Part shown: positions 23,585 to 32,173 of the stretch, piece after piece
Layout: every line of letters begins with the position of its first letter
How positions within the stretch are numbered: the first letter of the stretch is position 1
From: Octopus sinensis
Taxonomy: Eukaryota
DNA length: 32,173 nucleotides
Assembly: GCF_006345805.1 (NCBI RefSeq)
Contig: NW_021832498.1
Span: forward strand, 1 to 32,173
Direction: 5' to 3'
Position numbers and translations under genes: made by a program
Notes under the pieces: model-generated
What the model was told of the DNA's origin: nothing
The model's database searches: none
The model's input: only the letters and a program-made list of their open reading frames with translations

Positions 23585-23729
23585 GCACTGCTAATACAGT
23601 ACTGCACTTCTAACACAGTACTGCACTACTAACACAGTACTGCACTGCTAACACAGAACTCCACTGCTAACGCAGTACTGCACAGCTAACACAGTACTGC
23701 ACTGCTAACACAGTACTGCACTGCTAACA
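23585..23729. repeat. 19-bp minisatellite (CTAACACAGTACTGCACTG) x ~7.5
   Basis: Units start at 23591, 23610, 23629, 23648, 23667, 23686, 23705 and 23724. Confidence 0.95.
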
Positions 23730-24257
23730 TGGTGTTCACATATAGAAACGTTTAATACACTTTATAGCGTGTTATGTTGCCTAACGAAATGCCGTGTGCC
23801 TACAAGTCATTAATATTGGAAATAGTGTATGCATGAATCTAAAGATCGGATGTGAACTTGTATTCTGACAGAAACGCCAAACACTCGTTGGTCGGAGCCG
23901 GCTCAACCCATCCCGGGTGAATGTTGCCACAAGCACAATTAGGTAGTAGTACAGCCTTGGCCCAGCCTGTCATAAAAAGTAGCTTTGATCATAAGATCGA
24001 TAAGAGAACCATGGCAGTTTGTCTTGTAACTATGTAGAATTTTGATGACCGAATCTGGCAGCAACAAAATGAAGACTCTTACACTTAAATGCAGATTGTA
24101 GGTGAGTTAGGGAGAGTTGACATTAGTGGACTGAAGAGAATTAAAGAATTCTGTTGAATAGGTGACACCTGATTACAGTCCACCCCATATGGGTGATAAC
24201 TAATGGCAGAATTAAGCTGTGTACTCGTAAATTCTTCTCGTAAAGTCTTCGTCGAGT

Positions 24258-24292
<35 letters not shown>

Positions 24293-24340
24293 CTTCTTCT
24301 TCTTCTTCTTCTTCTTCTTCTTCTTCTTCTTCTTCTTCTT
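24258..24340. repeat. Compound (TTG)n-(TTC)n microsatellite
   Basis: Direct reading. Confidence 0.95.
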
Positions 24341-24400
24341 TCTGTCTGCCTGACTGCCTTATTTTCTTTTTTCTTTCGTTTCTTTCTCCTTCATTTCATA

Positions 24401-24456
24401 TTGATTGATTGATTCTAGTTTCAGCTCATGAGCTGTGGCCATGCTGGGGCACCGCC
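24401..24456 (-). mobile_element. 3' end of an S1-related retroposon with (ATCA)n tail
   Basis: GGCCATGCTGGGGCACCGCC matches the S1 3' end; variant hairpin CAGCTCATGAGCTG. Confidence 0.7.
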
Positions 24457-24679
24457 ATATTCATTCTTTCTTTTTCTTTTTCGCTTCATGCTCTTTTTTT
24501 GTTCTTTTACTTTTTCACACACACACGCACACGCACACACACAGCTCAGATAGTGCAGTGTGACTAGTACTTGAAATGAGAGAAAAAAACTCAAAGTATA
24601 TAACATATATATACAGAAGCAGTTGAAACACTTCTACTAAATCGTCTCATACTCGTTTCTGTTTGTCTTTACCTGTATT

Positions 24680-24713
24680 GCTTTCTTTCTTTCTCTCTCT
24701 CTTTCTTTCTTTT

Positions 24714-24745
<32 letters not shown>

Positions 24746-24906
24746 TTTCTCTCTCTTTCTCTCTTTCACTCTCTCTTTCTTTTTTGTTTGTTTGTTTGTT
24801 TCTTTCTTTCTCTCTTTCTTTCTTTCTTTCGTTCTCTCTATCTTTCCTTCTCTCTCTTTCTCTCTCTCTCTCTTTCTTTCTCTCTCTCTCTATTTCTTTC
24901 TTTCTC

Positions 24907-24963
<57 letters not shown>

Positions 24964-24985
24964 CTCTCTTTCTTTCTTTCACTTT
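24680..24985. repeat. ~300-bp polypyrimidine (TTTC/CT)n tract
   Basis: Direct reading. Confidence 0.95.
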
Positions 24986-25985
24986 CTGCTTGTTCCTCTT
25001 CTTCTCTATTTCAATCTGAATGCTAAACCTTTATCACCAACCGATCTATCCGCTTATACATCTTCAGCTATGGTGTTTATCTAAGATCGCCGGTTTGTTA
25101 GTCTTCAATATTTCCTACTGTCCCACGAGAGTGTATATACGTGTGTACGTGCGTATGTGCATACAGACATGCTCGTGTTTGTGTGTGTGTGTGTGAGTTT
25201 GTGTGTGAGTATGTGTGGGTGTGTTAATGTGTGTGAGAAACAGAAAGAATGTGCAGTGTGCCTCAAGTGAAAACGATATTGGTTACCAATGCACAAAAAA
25301 AATTCTTCATAGAAACATACACATATATACACAGACAGGCAGACAGATAAACATACAGACATACAGATAAATTCGTATATTCTCGGAGACAAATATACAA
25401 ACTCAGTAATTCTGTTGGACAAACACATTTGTTCCTTCAGATAGAAGTGGCTGACATACATACATGCATAGGCATTCATTCAAAGAAACTACCTCTTTCA
25501 TTCGTTCAAAGAAACTAGTTCTTTCATTTACAGGCACAGACCCATTTATATAGACACAGCGACTCATTCATCACAGCGGCCATAGAAACTCATTCATCCA
25601 TGCAGACACAGAAACATATTCATCGAAACAGATAAACTCTTTCATCGAGGCAATGAAATCATTTCAACCAGTCAACATATCACTCATTCCCGCAGACACA
25701 CAAACTCATTCCTTCAATTAATACAAGCACACGAATTCCTTACTCCAGGTAGGCCCAAAAACTCATTCACTCGCTCATTCACTTGCACTGACAGACTAAT
25801 TCGTTCAATCAAAGAAACTTTCAATTTAGTGAGTCAGACAAACTGAATCATTATTCCATTCATTCAGTGAAATTCATATCTTTATTCGAACGGTGAGTAA
25901 AAGAGTAAGATTGTCAGACAGTCACACAGTCAAGCAGTCAGACAGACAGGCAGATAGACAGACAAATGGCCAAGACTGGTGGACC

Positions 25986-26369
25986 TCTTGAAGCACTCCG
26001 TCGGTTACGACGACGAGGGTTCCGGTTGATCCGATCAACGGAACAGCCTGCTCGTGAAATTAACGTGTAAGTGGCTGAGCACTCCACAGACACGTGTACC
26101 CTTAACGCAGTTCTCGGGGATATTCAGCGAGACACAGAGAGTGACAAGGCCGGCCCTTTGAAATACAGGTACAACAGAAACAGGAAGTAATAGTAAGAGA
26201 AAGTTGTGGTGAAAGAGTACAGCAGGGATCACCACCATCCCTGCCGGAGCCTCGTGGAGCTTTAGGTGTTTCGCTCAATAAACACTCACAACGCCCGGTC
26301 TGGGAATCGAAACCGCGATCCTACGACCGCGAGTCCGCTGCCCTAACCACTGGGCCATTGCGCCTCCAC
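25986..26369 (-). mobile_element. Full-length tRNA-derived SINE with a Nin/Deu-like domain, flanked by an 11-bp target-site duplication
   Basis: Intact A-box TGGCCCAGTGG and B-box GGTTTCGATTCC. ACTGGTGGACC occurs at 25975-25985 and 26370-26380. GGAGTGCTCAGCCACTTACACGTTAA resembles the Nin/Deu domain (name from memory). Confidence 0.9.
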
Positions 26370-27498
26370 ACTGGTGGACCATCAAACTTACTGACGAACA
26401 AATTCTCTTCTCGCCACTTCAACTGTTCCAACGTTCTATCAGCTACTTTTATCAGGGCACATATTTAAAGCCTGCTTCATTAAACACACGGCTATGCTCA
26501 AGTTTTATCATTTCTATGTTAGATTTTTCATATTTTCTATCGGCTTTCTACAGTTTTTTTGAAACAGGGAAATTCTTAAATCTATATTCGAATTTTCCGA
26601 ACCTTCACAGTCTCATTTGCAAGGAATGGATAAATTTGGCATCTGTGTTGTATCTTACATAGTAATTGAATTCATGTAGACTTGCCCGTCAAAGACTTTT
26701 TGAGCGTTAGTATAACATATGAGATGTCGCGTGTTGATTTGCCTGTAACAGTTAAATTTTGACCGTTATGTTGTTTTTTTTGTCAGTAGTCACGTGTGTT
26801 TGAGGATCAATTTTGACATTGTTTTCGACCGCGACAAACATATTAACACGTGACTACAGATACATTATGTTGCCGGTAAAAAGATTTGGTGGGTAAAGTC
26901 TACACGAATTCAATCAATATCTAAGAAACAATACAAATGACACCAAATATATTCAGCTTTTGAAAATAAGTCGGTGGAGATCTAATAAAGTCGCAGGTGG
27001 CTTTAAGATCTCTATTGTTCCAAAACAACAGTAAAAAGCTACTAAGAAAATAAACAAAATCTGAAATAGGAAGGATAAAAAGCTGTATTTAATGAAGCGT
27101 GCATAAAAAAATGGATAGCATCATTTCGATTTCGTGGTCGTAGTAATCCGTAAGAACTTAATTATGTAATCAGCGTAAGGATACTTGGTGATTATTGTCT
27201 TCTGAGAACATGACTAGAGGTTACGAGTCTCCTCTCTTAAGGTGATCCTCGATGAGACAAATGTCGTAACCTCTGGCTATGTTGTAAAATCAAGGTAAAC
27301 ATCAAGTCTGTGCATGGCCTATCAGTGGTATTCCTTTCTATCAGTATCATGTGTGAGTGTGTGTGCCTGTGTGTGTGCATGTGTTTGTGTGTGTGTGGGT
27401 GTGTGAGTGCTATCAGTGTTTTATAATTTGGGTGTGTAGGCGAGCGCTATACGCATCAATGCCAAATAGGGTAAAATTATTGTAAATATTTACCTCAC

Positions 27499-27529
<31 letters not shown>

Positions 27530-27544
27530 TAAACATTCACACAC

Positions 27545-27972
27545 ATTTGACTGCAGCCATGCTGAAGCACCGCCTTTAGTCAAACAAATCGACCCCAGGA
27601 CTTATTCTTTTTAAGCCTAGTACTTATTCTATCGGTCTCTTTTTGCCGAACCGCTAAGTTACAGGAAAGTAAACACACCAGCATCGAATGTTAAGCGATG
27701 TTGAGGCGACACACACACACACACAGACACAAACACAAACACACATACATACACACAATCAGATACACACACACACATACATATACACATATACTCACAC
27801 ATATACACATATATACGACAGGCTTCTTTCAGTTTGCGTCTACCAAATCCACTCACAAGATTTGGTCGGCCCGAGGCTATAGTAGAAGACATTTGACCAA
27901 GGTGCCACGCTGTGGGACTGAACCCATGTGGTTGAAAAGCAAGCTACTTACCATACAGTCACTCCTGCACCT
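27545..27972 (-). mobile_element. SINE family S1, near full length including the 5' start
   Basis: Alignment to other S1 copies; the head begins AGGTGCAGGAGTGACTGTATGG on the minus strand. Confidence 0.85.
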
Positions 27973-28439
27973 ATATATATATAATCATGGAGAATGATAT
28001 CATTGATAGTGACTTCGAAGTCTTGGCCAGCTAAGCCATCTTCGGTTAGCTTAGCTGGTCGAAACTTCGAAGTCCTTGTTAATGATATTCTTGTTTAAGA
28101 TTAACAAAATCTATACTCTACAAAAGTATCAAGTAACCCATTAGATTAACGTAAATATGCTTTTGTTATGAGTGAAGGGGAAAAAAAACATTAACACGGA
28201 GGCACACAGACACAGATGCACACGCACATACAGACACACACGCATACACACACACATACATACATACATACATACATACATACATGCATACATACATGCA
28301 TACATACATGCATGCATACATACATGCATGCATACATACATACATACATACATACATACATGCATGCATGCATACATACATACATGCATGCATGCATGCA
28401 TACGCACATACACACACACATACATACATACATATATTT

Positions 28440-28676
28440 TCTTTTATTCTTTTACTTGTTTCAGTCATTTGACTGCGGCCATGCTGGAGCACCACCTTTA
28501 GTCGAAAAAATCGAGCCCAGGACTTATTCTTTGTAAGCCTAATACTTACTCTATCGAGCTCTTTTGCCGGATCGCTAAATTACGAGGCCGTAAACACACC
28601 AACATCGGTTGGCTAGCGATGGTGGTGGGACAAACATAGACACACAAATACGTGCATGCATGCATACATACATACA

Positions 28677-28708
<32 letters not shown>

Positions 28709-28807
28709 CGACGGGCTACTTTCAGTTTCTTTCTGTCTACCGAATCCACTCACAAGGCTTTGGTCAGCCCAAGGCTATAGTAGAAATCACTTGCCGAAGT
28801 TGCCACG
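28440..28807 (-). mobile_element. SINE family S1, 5'-truncated
   Basis: Alignment to other S1 copies. Confidence 0.8.
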
Positions 28808-29957
28808 TACCAAGCAACGTAAACAGAATCTAATAATATTGTTCACTTCTTACATTATGTGAGTGTGTGTGGATGTGTGCGTGTGTGTGCGCGCGCGTGT
28901 GCGTACAAAATACATGATATGTTAGACTGTTCTACTGGTTGTGGAGACTGGTTATCAATCTACTGAGTGATGGATTATCAAAGTGAATACAGTTATGTGC
29001 TAAATAATATCTATGTAAGATAAGATCATTTCATCGAAATGAAAAAAACAAACAACAAACCTGATTGGTTATAAGGTCAATGTATTCAATGTAGGGGAGT
29101 ATCAGAAAGATCAATAAGTCATCGTTTCCAAAAGAGGTACTCCATCAAGAGGGAAAAGGGAAAGATAAAACGGAGGAAAAAGACGATCATGCACAAATTT
29201 AAAATGATTCAATGACAAAGCGGGAATTGCGGAGTTAAGAACTTGCTTTTTAGCCAAGAAGAGTGAAGAGTAAAAATTGTAAGTGTAGTAAGTAAGCGTG
29301 AAAGAAGGTGGTATGGTGAGGTACGTTGGTGTACTTGTGTGTGAGAGAATAGAGAATAAGAGATATAAGTGTTTTGAGCAAAGAAAAGTGCCAATGTATG
29401 AAGGGAAATTAAGGTGTGTGTGTGTATTTATGTCTGTGTGTAAAAGACGAAGCTAAAAAAATTGGGGCGGGCAATAGAAAAAGAAATGCCCAAGAAGATG
29501 ACAAATTTTGGAGTTGATGGAGATGAAATCCAAGAAGAGTCGAAGAAATTAACGAAAACAATGAAATAGTTGAGGTGTTCACGGTTGAAGTGAGGTTGAT
29601 ATACTCCTCGTCGGCGTAACAGTTTGTTATTATAAGCAATCACAAGATTATACTTGATGGGTTGTTCTGTAAATTATAGCTTTAAAATCCAAGCGTGGAT
29701 GGAACTTGCGGAAGCACGGTTTGAATCGAACAAAGGTGTTGTAAGTACATAGTATATATACAAAGTCTATATATTCGTTGATTATAGTGAAATCATGTCA
29801 ATCGATTATAGATTTTCGAATCAGTACTGATTGTTTGGAAAAATGAAAGCAGTTATTTTTGGTGAACTACACACACACGCCATACACACACCACACACAC
29901 AATAACACACACACAAGCACACACACACACCCACACCTCACACACATCACACACACA

Positions 29958-30000
<43 letters not shown>

Positions 30001-30457
30001 CGCATATGGATATATATATACACACAAACACACACATACATATGTATATATATGTATGTTTATATAATGTATACTTGTGTATATGTTTATCTACCTATAT
30101 ATTTATATGAAATTATCTATGTATGGATGTATGCATATAAGTATGTATGTATGTATGTATTTATGTACGTACTGTAAACTGGAATACAGATTTTTCCAAA
30201 GACCAAATTCCGAAATTCCAAATGACAACGGTTTTCTTTAGGTTCGCTAAAGTGAAACAATATATTGAAATGGTCGGGTAGATATTTACTGCAAGTGTAA
30301 AGGTCTAAGCCTGACCTCAAACAAAGACAGAGGTCTGGATGACTGATTCGGTGGAGTAATCCATTTGAAAACAATCACTGCGATTATGCCATATCGATCA
30401 GTATCGCAATAATACAATCACACATATTAATACATACATACATATATATGTTATTAC

Positions 30458-30501
<44 letters not shown>

Positions 30502-30506
30502 ATGTA

Positions 30507-30623
<117 letters not shown>

Positions 30624-31138
30624 TCTCTCGTTTTCTCTCTCATTCATTCCGCCCTTCCTCCTTCTTCTCTCTCTCTCTTGAAAGAGGAAAAAACAAAAAA
30701 GATAAAAAGTAAAAAAGAAACACGTGTAGGCAGATACACTTGCAACCACTGCCCATCTTCTTTCTGTCATTCTCTATCACATACAAACGCACTCACTTTC
30801 TCACATACATATATGTACGCATGTATATAAGCATATATGTATATAGGAAAAATACTACACACACACACACATAAGTAGTTAGATAGCTATGTATGTATGT
30901 ATGTATGTATGTATAAATGTATGTATGTATATATATATATATATATATACACACACGACAAATACACAGGCAGAAACACACAAAGCAAAGCGCAGACACA
31001 TAGGCTCATATATTCATGTTAGAATGTTTATACATTTATCGCTTTTTCTGTGTATTGCTTCAATCACTCACCTTTCTTCTCCTTTTCTGTTGTCTGTCTG
31101 ACTGTCTCTCAGGCCGTCTGTGTCTCCCTCAATACATG

Positions 31139-31189
<51 letters not shown>

Positions 31190-31394
31190 TATTCAGATTT
31201 GACTGCGGCCATGCTAGAGCACCACCTTTAGTCGAACAAACCGACCTGCAGGACTTATTCGTTTGTAGTACTATTCTATCGGTTGCTTATGCCGAACCGC
31301 TAATTTTCGGGGAGGTAAACACACCAACATCGGTTTTCAGGCGGTAGGGGGCGACAAACACAGATACACAAATGCATATACATACATACATACA

Positions 31395-31425
<31 letters not shown>

Positions 31426-31571
31426 GTATGTATATGCATTTGTGTATACATATATATATTCGACGGGCTTCTTTCAGTTTCCCTCTACCAAACCCACTCA
31501 CAAGGCTTTGGTCTACCCGAGGCTATAGTAGAAGACACTGGCCAAAGGTGCTACGCAGTAGGACTGAACCG
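31190..31571 (-). mobile_element. SINE family S1, degenerate
   Basis: Alignment to other S1 copies. Confidence 0.8.
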
Positions 31572-31590
31572 AGAGAATAAGGATCAAGCT

Positions 31591-31690
31591 TAAAACAAAA
31601 ATAAGTATTGGGGTTGATCCATTCGACAAAAACTTCTTCAAAATGATGCCCCAGCATGGCTGCAGTTAAATGATTGCAAAAAGTTAAAGA
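31591..31690 (+). mobile_element. 3' fragment of an S1-related SINE
   Basis: ATAAGTATTGGGGTTGATCCATTCGAC..GCCCCAGCATGGCTGCAGTTAAATGATTG. Confidence 0.65.
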
Positions 31691-31756
31691 CGAAAAATAA
31701 AAAAAATATAGACGCAACGATATGACTGAGAGAAGTAAAAGAACACACATAAACAT

Positions 31757-32173
31757 ATTTTCTACTCTGGGCACAAGCCCTGAAATTTTTGGCAAGGGAG
31801 CCAATCGATTAGATCGACTCCAGTACACAACTGGTACTTAGTTATCGACCCCAAAGGATGAAAGGCAAAATCGACCTCGACGGAATTTGAAATCAGAACA
31901 CAAAGAGAGAGGAAATACCTATTTCTGTACTACCCACAAGGGGCTAAACACAGAGAGGACAAACAAGGACAGACAAAGGGATTAAGTCGATTATATCAAC
32001 CCCAGTGCGTAACTGTTACTTATTTAATCGACCCCGAAAGGATGAAAGGCAAAGTCGACCTCAGCGGTATTTGAACTCAGAACGTAGCTTGTTGTGTGTG
32101 GTGTGTGTGTGTGCTAACGTTTCTTATTTCTTTATTGCCCACATGGGGCTAAACATAGAGGGGACAACAAGGA
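31757..32173 (-). mobile_element. Nested head-to-tail chain of tRNA-derived SINEs with a Meta/MESC-like central domain
   Basis: Two copies of GTTCTGA(G/T)TTCAAAT..GAGGTCGA(C/T)TTTGCCTTTCATCCTTT(C)GGGGTCGAT, and two copies of the tail ..AGCCCC..GTGGG..A(A/G)TA(A/C)AGAAAT (ending at 32126 and 31921), each directly followed by SINE-head sequence. Confidence 0.85.

Noticed and set aside
23585-23729. CRISPR-like array
   Set aside because: Contiguous repeats without unique spacers, in a eukaryotic context.
29440-29620. Purine-rich protein-like frames (KTKLKKLGRAIEKEMPKK..)
   Set aside because: Short, interrupted by stops, no recognisable motif; explained by composition.

Overview
AT-rich eukaryotic DNA dense in microsatellites and SINEs. 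The SINE repertoire is the kind I associate with octopus/coleoid genomes (inference). No complete host gene, rRNA, true tRNA or CRISPR array is visible. The main feature is a head-to-tail array (1-5652, running off the left edge) of ~1.67-kb minus-strand units. Each unit carries one intronless ORF1/Gag-like gene (predicted RRM-like core, one CX2CX4HX4C knuckle, an unrecognised C-terminal domain), a ~160-nt 3' UTR and no reverse transcriptase. Units are separated by 9-12 bp pieces of a tRNA-type SINE head (CAGAAACG[T][TAG]), and the array's outer end is fused to the upstream part of that head (GCGAGCTGGCAGAAACG). About 26 kb away, a SINE chain (31757-32173) has nearly the same 3' tail (49/53 identical) abutting the same AGAAACGTTAGCAC sequence. 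Together these suggest a site-specific non-LTR system (probably L1/Tx1 clade) in which an ORF1-only 'half-LINE' and a SINE share one 3' recognition tail and insert into SINE heads. The rest of the window holds several SINE families, mariner and pogo/Tigger remnants, three long hairpins, a minisatellite, long microsatellite blocks and one weak exon candidate.
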